From IMG/VR virus record IMGVR_UViG_3300045999_003786, positions 1 to 60,976 of that record: a stretch of DNA of 60,976 nt; one strand, 5' to 3'. Positions 7,676-16,779 of this stretch are shown here, piece by piece; the stretch's first letter is position 1, and every line of letters starts with the position of its first letter. A program made the translations under genes and the position numbers. This DNA comes from a virus. Taxonomy: Duplodnaviria; Caudoviricetes. Under the pieces are notes generated by a model that saw only the letters and a list, made by a program, of their open reading frames with translations, made no database searches and was not told the DNA's origin.

Positions 7676-9070
7676 ATGTCTTTACGCCGACCCAATGGCT
7701 TTATCTCTGCGGGCTATGACCCGCTGGAAGTCCCTAACGCGCCTACGATTGGTACGGCGACTTATGCTTCTGCTACGTCTGTTTCAATAACCTTTACCGC
7801 GCCTGCTAACGTGGGCGGGTCTGCTATTACAGGGTACGTGGCTACTGCGAGAAAGACGTCAGACGGCACGACCATCAGCGGCACAGGCTCTTCTTCTCCG
7901 GTTACTATTTCAGGTCTGACTACAGGCGTTGCCTACACGGTGACGGTGGCGGCGGTTAACTCGTTTGGTCTTGGTGTGTCTAGCGCGGCGAGTAACTCGG
8001 TTACGCCGTTAGCGCAGCAGTTGTGGAGTTGGGGGAAAGGCAACAGTGGTCAGCTTGGCCTTGGAGATGCCCTATACAAATCAAGCCCCGTGCAAGTAGG
8101 CGCAATCACTACATGGTCTCAAATAGCTCTTGGTAACAGTGCTGCTCTTGCTGTTAAAACAGACGGTACTTTATGGAGCTGGGGTTTTAACAACAAGGGT
8201 CAACTTGGCCTTGGTGACATTGTAGCCCGTTCCAGCCCAGTTCAAGTGGGGGCACTAACTACATGGTATCAAGTAGCTGGTGGTTTTCGCCACTCAGTTG
8301 CCACTAAAACCGACGGTACTCTATGGAGTTGGGGCTATAATGTTTTTGGTCAACTTGGCCTTGGAAATGTTGTTTATCGTTCCAGCCCAGTTCAGGTAGG
8401 AGCGTTAACTACGTGGTATCAAATAGCGGGTGGGGATCAATTTACCCTCGCTACCAAAACAGATGGGACATTGTGGAGCTGGGGCCAAAACAACTTTGGT
8501 CAGTTAGGTCTTGGAGATGTTGTTTATCGCAGCAGCCCTGTACAAGTTGGCGCACTCACCACTTGGTCTCAGATTGCAAGTGGTGATTATCATAGCCTTG
8601 CCATTAAAACAGACGGTACTGTATGGAGCTTTGGGCGTAACAGCTCTGGCGATCTCGCTCTTGGTGACACTGTTAATCGCTCATCTCCTGTTCAAATAGG
8701 TGCGCTAACAACTTGGTATAAGATCGCAGGTGGAAGAACTTTTAGTCTCGCTATAAAAACTGACGGCACGGCGTGGAGTTGGGGGACCGGAGGAAGCGGA
8801 CAGCTTGGCCTTAACGATGTCGCTGAACGCTCAAGCCCAGTTCAAATAGGCGCACTTACTACATGGTCTCAGATTGCTGGTGGAAGTTCTTTTAGTCTTG
8901 CCATCAAAACCGATGGCACGATGTGGAGCTGGGGGGCTAATGGGGACGGCGCACTTGGCCTTAACAACACTGCTAATCGCTCTAGCCCAGTTCAAGTAGG
9001 GTTGCTAACTACGTGGTTAACATTACCTAAAATGCCAGCAGCAAACTCGTCTCTCGCCATCAAAGGATAA
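7676..9070 (+). CDS. FN3 domain plus 7 RCC1/BLIP-II-type repeats (beta-propeller), putative receptor-binding protein
   Basis: Start reassigned to 7676 (SD AAGGAG). PNAPT..ITFTAP..GGSAITGY..GLT.G.AYTVTVAAVN is FN3-like; then seven 50-aa repeats WSWGxNxxGQLGLGD...SSPVQVG...W..IA.G....AIKTDGTL. Confidence 0.85.
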   Translation: MSLRRPNGFISAGYDPLEVPNAPTIGTATYASATSVSITFTAPANVGGSAITGYVATARKTSDGTTISGTGSSSPVTISGLTTGVAYTVTVAAVNSFGLGVSSAASNSVTPLAQQLWSWGKGNSGQLGLGDALYKSSPVQVGAITTWSQIALGNSAALAVKTDGTLWSWGFNNKGQLGLGDIVARSSPVQVGALTTWYQVAGGFRHSVATKTDGTLWSWGYNVFGQLGLGNVVYRSSPVQVGALTTWYQIAGGDQFTLATKTDGTLWSWGQNNFGQLGLGDVVYRSSPVQVGALTTWSQIASGDYHSLAIKTDGTVWSFGRNSSGDLALGDTVNRSSPVQIGALTTWYKIAGGRTFSLAIKTDGTAWSWGTGGSGQLGLNDVAERSSPVQIGALTTWSQIAGGSSFSLAIKTDGTMWSWGANGDGALGLNNTANRSSPVQVGLLTTWLTLPKMPAANSSLAIKG

Positions 9071-9105
9071 CCATGAACATCAACCAATCAGGCTTGAGGT
9101 GCTAA

Positions 9106-10233
9106 ATGCCGAGTTACAGCGGAGTGTGGACGTTACAAGCTCAGATGCAGGCCGTGGCCGCTGGTACGTGGACTGGGTTGCCGCAGTTGTTTGCGTGGGG
9201 AAACAACGGCAGTGGTAGATTAGGTCTTAACGACACTGCTAATCGTTCAAGCCCAGTACAAGTAGCAGGTCAAAATTGGTCTCTAATAGCTGGTGGTCAA
9301 GGCTTTACTATTGCCACTAAAACTGACGGGACACTGTGGTCTTGGGGGTATAACAACAATGGTATGCTGGGGCAAAACGATACTGTTAGCCGTTCCAGCC
9401 CAGTACAAGTTGGGGCATTGACTACTTGGTATCAAGTGGCCGCTGGCACAGCTTTTAATCTTGCCACTAAAGCTGACGGAACGCTATGGAGCTGGGGGCG
9501 TAACCAATATGGACAGCTTGGTCTTAACGATACTGCTAACCGCTCTAGCCCTGTACAAGTCGGTGCTTTGGCTACTTGGTCTCAGGTTGCGGCTGGGGCG
9601 CTACACAGCCTTGCCGTTAAAACCGACGGAACCCTGTGGAGTTGGGGCTATAATGTTTTTGGTCAACTTGGCCTTGGAGACATAACCTATCGCTCTAGCC
9701 CTGTACAAGTAGGAGCGTTAACTACTTGGTCTCAAGTAGCTGCTGGCACTAACCATAGTCTGTCCATTAAAACTGACGGTACGTTGTGGTCTTGGGGGCG
9801 TAACGACTCCGGTCAACTCGGCCTTGGTGATATCGTCCACCGCTCCAGTCCTGTTCAAGTCGGAGCTTTAACAACTTGGTCTAGGATTTCAGGTGGACAG
9901 CAGTTTAGCCTTGCCGCTAAAACCGACGGCACGTTATGGAGTTGGGGACAAAACAACGCTGGTCAACTTGGTCTTGGTGACGTTGTCCTTCGTTCCAGCC
10001 CTGTGCAGGTTGGGGGGTTAACTACATGGTCTCAAGTTGCTGCTGCGCCATCACACAGCCTTGCCATCAAAACAGACGGGACACTGTGGAGCTGGGGGTA
10101 TAACGGCAGTGGTCAACTTGGCCTTGGAAATACTGCTGGCCGCTCTAGCCCTGTTCAAGTCGGGTTGTTAACGACTTGGTCAACACTACCAAAAATACCT
10201 TTGGCGCAAAATTCACTAGTCATTGGTTCATAA
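9106..10233 (+). CDS. RCC1-repeat beta-propeller protein (7 repeats)
   Basis: Same repeat consensus, with a short N-terminal SGVWTL..Q....GTW anchor motif. Confidence 0.85.
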   Translation: MPSYSGVWTLQAQMQAVAAGTWTGLPQLFAWGNNGSGRLGLNDTANRSSPVQVAGQNWSLIAGGQGFTIATKTDGTLWSWGYNNNGMLGQNDTVSRSSPVQVGALTTWYQVAAGTAFNLATKADGTLWSWGRNQYGQLGLNDTANRSSPVQVGALATWSQVAAGALHSLAVKTDGTLWSWGYNVFGQLGLGDITYRSSPVQVGALTTWSQVAAGTNHSLSIKTDGTLWSWGRNDSGQLGLGDIVHRSSPVQVGALTTWSRISGGQQFSLAAKTDGTLWSWGQNNAGQLGLGDVVLRSSPVQVGGLTTWSQVAAAPSHSLAIKTDGTLWSWGYNGSGQLGLGNTAGRSSPVQVGLLTTWSTLPKIPLAQNSLVIGS

Positions 10234-10243
10234 CAGGATAACA

Positions 10244-12013
10244 ATGAACAAACACCTACACTTCCTCTCAGGCGTACCTCGATCAGGCTCCACTGTGCTG
10301 GCGGCTATCCTGAATCAGAACCCAATGACGCACGTGTCAACAACCTCTGCTCTGGGCGCAGCTCTGGACGGTCTGGCTACGGCTTGGCATCGTGACAACC
10401 TTTTAGTTAACAACGATCCTGATCGCAGCAAACTGGCTCACACCATGCGCGGAGTGATTGACGCTTTCTACGAGGACGTTCCCAAGCCCGTAATCATCGA
10501 CAAGGCACGTAACTGGCCGATTCCCGTGATTATGCAGGCGATGGGTCAGGTGCTGGGTCACAAGCCCAAGATCATTGCCACAGTGCGTTCTATCCCTGAC
10601 TGCATGGCGTCCTTTGTCCGGGTAGCCAAGCCTGAGAACCTCGATGACTTCCTCGTTAACAGCTCACTCACGAATCACCTGAAAGGCTCCTACCAAACCC
10701 TACAACAAGGCTACGCCTACGATGCTGAGTCGTTCCTGTTTGTAGAGTACGAAGACCTGCTGGCCGACCCCAAAGCTCAGTTACAACGAATTCACGCATT
10801 CCTTGACCTGCCCGACTTTGACTACGACTACGCCAACATCGACGGCTCTACGGTCAAAGAGGACGACGAGAACCTGCACGGTTACTCGGGCCTGCACGAC
10901 ATCAAGCCTGTCCTTGAGAAGCAGCACCAACAAAGCCCCAAGGACGTACTCAAGCACCACTACGCGCAGTTCTGTCAGCCTGAGTTCTGGTTGGAAAGAC
11001 CTCGCACTGTCCCCGATATCCACGACCTTGATCTGCAACTGGTGGCCTCAAGAATGGGCGACTTTGCAGAGGGCTGGAGACTGTGCCAGAAGCTGGAGAA
11101 GGACGAGCCTGATAACCACCGAGCCGCCTACAACCGGGGCTGGTATCTTTTACGTCAGGGCCAGATTCAGAAGGGCTATCAACTGCTGGACCGTGGCCGC
11201 ATTGTGAACGTCTTTGGCAACGCCAAGCCTAACGTCCCAACTGTTGCGTGGGATGGTAAGAGCAAGGGCATTGTGATGCTGCACCTTGAAGGCGGTCTGG
11301 GAGATCAGATACACCAAGTCAGATACGCCAAACTGATTGCTGATCGTGGCTGTAAAGTCATTGTTTCTTGTACTGGCGCACTGGCCTCTCTATTCGTGGA
11401 CGTTGAGGGTGTGGCGGCTGTTATCCAGCACGAAGCGTCTTTCGGTATCTACCATGACTTCTACGTGCAGGGAATGTCCGCTGTTGTGCCTCTGGGCCTT
11501 GAACTAGACGATCTTAGTGGTAAGCCGTACATCACGAAGCCTAAGACCATCAAAGCCCGCAGGAAGCGCATAGGGCTACGCTGGCAGGGTCAGTCAGCCT
11601 TTGAGAACGACCACAACAAGAAGTTTCCGTATGAGCTGCTGTTCGATGCAGTCAAGGATGCAGATGCTGAGTTCATCTCCCTGCAACGTGACGAGGGTGC
11701 TGATTCGTGTCCGTCATGGGTTAAGCAGGTTCCTTTAGATTCATGGGAAGATACCCGTGCTGCTGCGGCATCGTGTGATCTGGTGATCTCTTCCTGTACT
11801 TCAGTGAGTCATTTGTCTGCGGCGATGGGCGTAGAGACTTGGGTTGTGACGCCGGTGATGCCGTACTTTCTATATGCCCTAGAAGGCGATACCTGTCCTT
11901 ATTACGATACAATGCGCCTGATGCGTCAGGAAGTATTCGGTGACTGGACTGCCAGCTTTGAGAAGATCAAAGAGCGTCTTGGTGAGAAACAAGCCTTGAG
12001 GAGAGTCAAGTGA
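10244..12013 (+). CDS. Sulfotransferase-TPR-glycosyltransferase (GT9-like) fusion
   Basis: SGVPRSGSTVL (PAPS-binding loop), IIDKAR, VEYEDL..P; central AAYNRGWYLLRQG TPR-like segment; EGGLGDQI and DLVISSCTSVSHLSAAMG GT-B/GT9-like motifs. Confidence 0.8.
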   Translation: MNKHLHFLSGVPRSGSTVLAAILNQNPMTHVSTTSALGAALDGLATAWHRDNLLVNNDPDRSKLAHTMRGVIDAFYEDVPKPVIIDKARNWPIPVIMQAMGQVLGHKPKIIATVRSIPDCMASFVRVAKPENLDDFLVNSSLTNHLKGSYQTLQQGYAYDAESFLFVEYEDLLADPKAQLQRIHAFLDLPDFDYDYANIDGSTVKEDDENLHGYSGLHDIKPVLEKQHQQSPKDVLKHHYAQFCQPEFWLERPRTVPDIHDLDLQLVASRMGDFAEGWRLCQKLEKDEPDNHRAAYNRGWYLLRQGQIQKGYQLLDRGRIVNVFGNAKPNVPTVAWDGKSKGIVMLHLEGGLGDQIHQVRYAKLIADRGCKVIVSCTGALASLFVDVEGVAAVIQHEASFGIYHDFYVQGMSAVVPLGLELDDLSGKPYITKPKTIKARRKRIGLRWQGQSAFENDHNKKFPYELLFDAVKDADAEFISLQRDEGADSCPSWVKQVPLDSWEDTRAAAASCDLVISSCTSVSHLSAAMGVETWVVTPVMPYFLYALEGDTCPYYDTMRLMRQEVFGDWTASFEKIKERLGEKQALRRVK

Positions 12014-13221
12014 GTCAAAAGTATCCCGGCGGCATAATCAGTAAAACGGCTCCTGTCACTGTCGGCCCTGTCGCTGGTGAGGGCGGCTCTGCGCCGGGTA
12101 TCTGGACACTGACTCAGGCACTGGAATTGAATAAGCAGAACTTGTGGCCGAAGCCTGTGTTGCCTAAAGAGTTGTATGCGTGGGGGACTGGCTCCTATGG
12201 TCAGCTTGGCCTTAACGACGTAACCAGCCGTTCTAGTCCAGTACAAATAGGCTCCTTAACTACGTGGTCTAAAATAGCTGGCGGTCAAAACTCTAAAGCT
12301 GCCATTAAAACAGACGGCACTTTGTGGAGCTGGGGGTACAATGCCTTGGGTCAACTTGGTCTCAACGATGCCGCTAGTCGCTCAAGCCCCGTACAAATTG
12401 GCGCATTAACAACTTGGTATCAAGTAGCTCCCGGCGGATACCAAGTAGCGGCAACCAAAACAGACGGCACACTGTGGGGCTGGGGGCGTAACAACGACGG
12501 TCAGTTAGGTCTGGGAGACACTGTTAACCGTTCCAGCCCCGTGCAAGTAGGGGCATTAACAACTTGGTATCAAGTAGCTGGTGGACAGTCCTTCACCCTT
12601 GCTATTAAAACTGACGGTACGATGTGGGGTTGGGGTGATAATGGCGGTGGTATGCTTGGCCTTAACGACACTATTAACAGATCAAGCCCAGTACAAATAG
12701 GCTCCTTAACTACTTGGTATCAAATGGCTGCTGGAAACAGCCACACTATCGCTACTAAAACAGACGGAACGCTTTGGAGTTGGGGGAGGAACGGCTTTGG
12801 TCAGCTTGGCCTCAACGACACAGTTTACCGATCAAGCCCAGTTCAAGTAGGCGCGTTAACAACATGGTCTCAAATAGCTGGCTGTAGCAACTTTACCGTT
12901 GCCACTAAAACCGACGGCACCCTGTGGAGCTGGGGGAATAACATTGACGGGCAACTTGGCCTCAACGACACAGTCATCCGTTCTAGTCCGGTTCAAGTGG
13001 GGGCGTTAACTACTTGGTATCAAGTAGCTGGTGGTCAATCTTTTACCATTGCCACTAAAACCGACGGCACGATGTGGAGCTGGGGTTCTGGTTCTAGCGG
13101 TAGGCTTGGCCTCAACGACACAGCGAACCGCTCAAGCCCAGTACAAATAGGAGCGTTGACAACGTGGTCGAAGCTACCAAAAATGCCAATGAGCACTTCA
13201 TCCTTAGCTCTTAAATCTTAA
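12010..13221 (+). CDS. RCC1-repeat beta-propeller protein (7 repeats)
   Basis: GTG start overlapping the upstream stop; YPGGII...GIWTL.Q...LWP anchor; seven repeats. Confidence 0.85.
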   Translation: MSQKYPGGIISKTAPVTVGPVAGEGGSAPGIWTLTQALELNKQNLWPKPVLPKELYAWGTGSYGQLGLNDVTSRSSPVQIGSLTTWSKIAGGQNSKAAIKTDGTLWSWGYNALGQLGLNDAASRSSPVQIGALTTWYQVAPGGYQVAATKTDGTLWGWGRNNDGQLGLGDTVNRSSPVQVGALTTWYQVAGGQSFTLAIKTDGTMWGWGDNGGGMLGLNDTINRSSPVQIGSLTTWYQMAAGNSHTIATKTDGTLWSWGRNGFGQLGLNDTVYRSSPVQVGALTTWSQIAGCSNFTVATKTDGTLWSWGNNIDGQLGLNDTVIRSSPVQVGALTTWYQVAGGQSFTIATKTDGTMWSWGSGSSGRLGLNDTANRSSPVQIGALTTWSKLPKMPMSTSSLALKS

Positions 13222-13235
13222 TCAGGAGATACACA

Positions 13236-13634
13236 ATGTTCTTTGTAAAAATAGTAAACGACGAAGTAACCCAGTGCTGGGACACACAACCTCCCAAAGG
13301 CGAGTCAGGCTGGAAGTCAGCCATCGAAGTACGCCCTGCTGTGACACCTAACCGTCAGCAGTACACCGGCCACAGCTTTGATATCACCAAAGACCCTGTT
13401 GAGATCGTCTGGGGTGTTCAAGACATCACTGCTGAAGACCGTAAAGGCGGACTGCGTTCACAGGCTGCTGCTGCGTTTCAGCAGGTTGTACAGGAAGAGA
13501 TGCGTAAAGAGGTCGATGAGTTCCCCACTACTCAGTACAACCCTGCTACTGTTGACGCTGCCCGTATTGCTTTCGAGACCAAGGTCACTGCAATCAACGC
13601 AGCCACTACGCACGAAGAGCTTGATGCGCTGTGA
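13236..13634 (+). CDS. Putative tail fibre assembly/chaperone-like protein
   Basis: C-terminal AINAATTHEELDAL resembles fibre-associated small proteins; SD AGGAG. Confidence 0.5.
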   Translation: MFFVKIVNDEVTQCWDTQPPKGESGWKSAIEVRPAVTPNRQQYTGHSFDITKDPVEIVWGVQDITAEDRKGGLRSQAAAAFQQVVQEEMRKEVDEFPTTQYNPATVDAARIAFETKVTAINAATTHEELDAL

Positions 13635-14326
13635 GACTGAACTACTCGTATGACATGACACCATCCAAAGCCTACATCATCCGTGTTGTGGGTAACGCTG
13701 CCTCTGAAGAGAAAGCCAAGCGGTGTGCAGTGTCATGCGAGAAAGTGGGCCAGCCCTACGAGTTCTGGGACGCTTATGATGGTTTAGCAGACGAGATCAA
13801 ACCTCCTGCTCACCACAATGCCATCATGGACTGCATTAAGGTCACAGATCACTACCTGACCCGTGGCGAAGTAGCGTGTGCGTTGTCCCACATAAGCCTG
13901 TGGGCAAAGTGCGTACTTGAAGACAAGCCTCTGGTGATTCTGGAGCATGACTCGTTGATGTTGCAGCCCTACACGCAACACGCTGTCTTTAACTCGATCT
14001 GCTACTTAGGCTCGCACGAGCAGGTCAAACTTAACTGGCAGGTGTCTGCTACGCCTCCCCACGCGACTGAAGGTGAGAACTACCACTTCCTGTGCCGTGC
14101 TCATGCGTATGCAATCGACCCGGCTGTTGCCAAGAACCTGTTGTCCTACGTTATCAAGATGGGTATTTGTACATCCTTAGATATGCTGGTTCGTGCTGAC
14201 CTGTTCCCCATTCACCAGATGGGTGTCTACGCCTATAATGTGTTTGAGAGCAGAGAAGAAACAACCATCAAAGGTCGAGCCTTAGAGGGCAGAGCCACTA
14301 AACGAAACGACGGGCTGCTGGTATGA
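13631..14326 (+). CDS. Glycosyltransferase family 25-like protein
   Basis: AYII..., F.DAYDG, LTRGEVACALSH..LW, VILEHD and AHAYAI.P motifs of GT25. Confidence 0.8.
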   Translation: MRLNYSYDMTPSKAYIIRVVGNAASEEKAKRCAVSCEKVGQPYEFWDAYDGLADEIKPPAHHNAIMDCIKVTDHYLTRGEVACALSHISLWAKCVLEDKPLVILEHDSLMLQPYTQHAVFNSICYLGSHEQVKLNWQVSATPPHATEGENYHFLCRAHAYAIDPAVAKNLLSYVIKMGICTSLDMLVRADLFPIHQMGVYAYNVFESREETTIKGRALEGRATKRNDGLLV

Positions 14327-14739
14327 AGATTCTCGTGATGGGCCTGCCGGGTAGCGGTAAGACCACACTAGCAAGGGCTGTAGCCCAAAAGCTACAGTGC
14401 GCTCACTTTAACGCCGATGAAGTACGGGCCACGTTGAGCAAAGACTTAGGGTTCAGCATCGCAGACAGGATAGAGCAGGCTAGGCGCATGGGGGCCTTGT
14501 GCGATCTGAGTACGAGTCAGCACGTGATTGCCGACTTTGTATGCCCTACGCCTGAGACGAGATTGGCGTTCAATGCTGACTTTGTAGTGTGGGTAGATCG
14601 CATCAAAGCAGGCAGGTTTGAAGATACCAATAGGCTCTTTGTCCCGCCTGAGCAGTGCGACGTGCGAGTGACGGCAGAGTGCGATTACCCTACGTACTAC
14701 GTAGATTTAATTACCAAGCTAGTTGAGGACTCTCAATGA
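14323..14739 (+). CDS. cysC: Adenylylsulfate (APS) kinase-like protein
   Basis: GLPGSGKTT P-loop, NADEVR..LSKDLGFS..DR.EQARR and ADFVCP..ETR match the CysC signature; shorter than cellular CysC. Confidence 0.7.
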   Translation: MKILVMGLPGSGKTTLARAVAQKLQCAHFNADEVRATLSKDLGFSIADRIEQARRMGALCDLSTSQHVIADFVCPTPETRLAFNADFVVWVDRIKAGRFEDTNRLFVPPEQCDVRVTAECDYPTYYVDLITKLVEDSQ

Positions 14740-14981
14740 ACATAGATGAGATAGCCCTACGCCAAATCATCCGCGAGGAAATGAAGTCTGTCCTCAAGGA
14801 AGTCGGCCTCCACGACGATGACGCGGGTAATGATGTACGCGATCTACGTTCTTTGATTACCGACTGGCGCGGCATGAAGAAAGTCGTCTGGCAGACTGTT
14901 GCCCGTGCAGGTACTGTTTTTGTTCTTGGTCTGCTGATGCTCGGTGCGTGGAGCAGATTTGGTGGAGGTAACGGGGAATGA
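14736..14981 (+). CDS. Small membrane protein (DUF6127-like)
   Basis: VGL.D.DAG.DVRDLRSL..W followed by a C-terminal hydrophobic segment. Confidence 0.55.
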   Translation: MNIDEIALRQIIREEMKSVLKEVGLHDDDAGNDVRDLRSLITDWRGMKKVVWQTVARAGTVFVLGLLMLGAWSRFGGGNGE

Positions 14982-15340
14982 GTGACGAAACTCCAGTTAG
15001 ATACGAGACAGCGAAAGAAGTCGCAGGCAAAGCCATAGGCCAGTACGGTCTGATGTACATCACGGCTATCGTGCTGATCGGCGTTGGCTCCAGCTATTTT
15101 CTGTCTGAGGGCGCTATCACTGCTGTGATGACAATGATCGGCGGTGCTCTCGTCGCATTGATTAACATGATGAACGGCATTGCGGGTACTCAAGAAAAGC
15201 CTGACCGTCCTGAGTTTGAAGTCATTCAGCACCTGATTGCTAAACTCGCTGAGAAAGAACCTCCGATGCGCGTTGATGTCGAAGACGGTAAAGTCACTGT
15301 CCGAAAGGGCGACGACGTTACGAGCATGAAAAATGATTGA
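14978..15340 (+). CDS. Two-TM membrane protein, holin candidate
   Basis: Two hydrophobic helices; located in the lysis cluster. Confidence 0.5.
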   Translation: MSDETPVRYETAKEVAGKAIGQYGLMYITAIVLIGVGSSYFLSEGAITAVMTMIGGALVALINMMNGIAGTQEKPDRPEFEVIQHLIAKLAEKEPPMRVDVEDGKVTVRKGDDVTSMKND

Positions 15341-15809
15341 TCCCGTCTCAGCCTTAGCCATAGCCACGTCTGCGTTTAATCTGCTAAAAAAGGGAATATC
15401 CGCAGGTCGAGAATTGGAAGACATGGCAGGCCAGCTGGGAACGTGGTTCTGCGCAGTCAGTGATGTCAAGTCCGCAGAGGAAGAAGCCAAAGACCCGCCG
15501 CTATTCAGAAAGCTGATCTCCAGCGGCAGCGTTGAACAGCAAGCCCTGCAGGCACTCTTGGCTCGCAAGAAGATTGAGCAGCAGGAGAAAGAGCTGCGCG
15601 AGTTGATTGTCTGGCGATGGGGCGTTGAGGAGTACACAGCCATGATGCGGGATCGAACCAAAATCAGAGACACGCGCACACGGGCGGTCCAGAACCAGCG
15701 GCGCAAGATGAGAAAGCTCATTGCTAACGTCCTAACAATTACTGTGATTCTTGGCCTCGTTGGGGCAATAGTCGCTTTCGGTATCGGCATTTTAATGAAT
15801 CTGGGGTAA
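15333..15809 (+). CDS. Coiled-coil membrane protein
   Basis: MIDPVSALA N-terminus, coiled coil, C-terminal TM helix. Confidence 0.6.
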   Translation: MIDPVSALAIATSAFNLLKKGISAGRELEDMAGQLGTWFCAVSDVKSAEEEAKDPPLFRKLISSGSVEQQALQALLARKKIEQQEKELRELIVWRWGVEEYTAMMRDRTKIRDTRTRAVQNQRRKMRKLIANVLTITVILGLVGAIVAFGIGILMNLG

Positions 15810-15814
15810 CAGCT

Positions 15815-16297
15815 ATGTTGAGTTTGATATCAAGTTTGATGGGATTTGCAAGCGCGGGAGTGCCTCGTTTGCTTGACATGTGGCAACAAACGAAAGACCA
15901 GAAGCACGAATTAGCCCTGATGGCGATGCAGCGTGAGCGCGAGGTTGCACTAGCTCGTGAGGGCTTTGTTGCACAAGCTAGAGTGGAAGAGATTCGGACT
16001 GATCAGATTGCAATGCAGACACAAGCGCAAGAGAAACTTGCAATCTGGAAACACGACTCTAAATTAGCAGAAGGGGGGTCAACTTGGGTGATCAACCTTA
16101 GAGCGTCAGTACGACCAGTCGTGACCTATATCTTCGTGGGCCTGCTGGTTGTCGTTGACATTGCCGGTATCTGGTATGCGTATAGCACTGGTGTGGCCTT
16201 TGCTGAAGCGATGTCGCTAGTGTTCTCATCTGAGGAAATGGCCATACTCAGTGCAATCATCTCCTTCCACTTTGGGGGGCGTGCCTTCTCAAAATGA
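15815..16297 (+). CDS. Putative holin (3TM/GTA-holin-like)
   Basis: WV..LRASVRPVVTY..., C-terminal II.FHFGGRAF; immediately upstream of the endolysin. Confidence 0.6.
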   Translation: MLSLISSLMGFASAGVPRLLDMWQQTKDQKHELALMAMQREREVALAREGFVAQARVEEIRTDQIAMQTQAQEKLAIWKHDSKLAEGGSTWVINLRASVRPVVTYIFVGLLVVVDIAGIWYAYSTGVAFAEAMSLVFSSEEMAILSAIISFHFGGRAFSK

Positions 16298-16779
16298 GCA
16301 TATCTGAGGCTGGCATCCAGCTAATCAAGTCTTTCGAGGGCTGTCATAGAAGCCCTTACCGGTGCCCTGCTGCGCTTTGGACGATAGGGTATGGTCATGT
16401 ACTGTACCCAGACCAAGCAAGGCTCAAAACAGACGAGAGAGCCTCTTATGCACTTAAACCAGAACACAATAGGCTTTGGGATGCTGACGAGATTGATTCG
16501 CTTCTTGAAAAAGATCTATTACGGCATTCTGTCGGAGTACGAAGATTATGTCCTGCTTCTGTTGATCGTCAGTGCAATCATGATGCGCTGGTGAGTTTCA
16601 GCTACAACTGTGGACTTGGGTCATTGCAGTCTTCCACCCTAAGAATGAAGTACAATCGTGAGGACTACGATGGCGCAGCAGATGAGTTCCTGAAGTGGAC
16701 TAAAGCTGGCGGCAAGGTACTCAATGGCTTAGTCAGGCGCAGGGAAGCTGAACGAGCGATGTTCTTGGCCGGGGGCTAA
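16294..16779 (+). CDS. Endolysin, GH24 lysozyme
   Basis: IKSFEG...Y.CPA..WTIGYGH, DALVSFSYNCG, SSTL and W.KAGGKVL.GLVRRREAE. Confidence 0.92.
   Translation: MSISEAGIQLIKSFEGCHRSPYRCPAALWTIGYGHVLYPDQARLKTDERASYALKPEHNRLWDADEIDSLLEKDLLRHSVGVRRLCPASVDRQCNHDALVSFSYNCGLGSLQSSTLRMKYNREDYDGAADEFLKWTKAGGKVLNGLVRRREAERAMFLAGG

Noticed and set aside
8020-13200. CRISPR-like array (regular 150-nt periodicity)
   Set aside because: The repeats are degenerate at third codon positions and lie in open reading frames, so they are protein repeats. The Cas4-like gene at 38125 sits in a Sak4/SSB recombination module with no cas operon.
7676-13221. Diversity-generating retroelement explaining the RCC1 variability
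   Set aside because: No reverse transcriptase ORF and no non-coding template repeat were seen, and the differences are not adenine-specific.
14711-15790. 359-aa minus-strand ORF, and other long antisense ORFs such as 48979-49812 and 55906-56604
   Set aside because: They are shadows of well-formed coupled plus-strand genes, with no SD or recognisable motifs.
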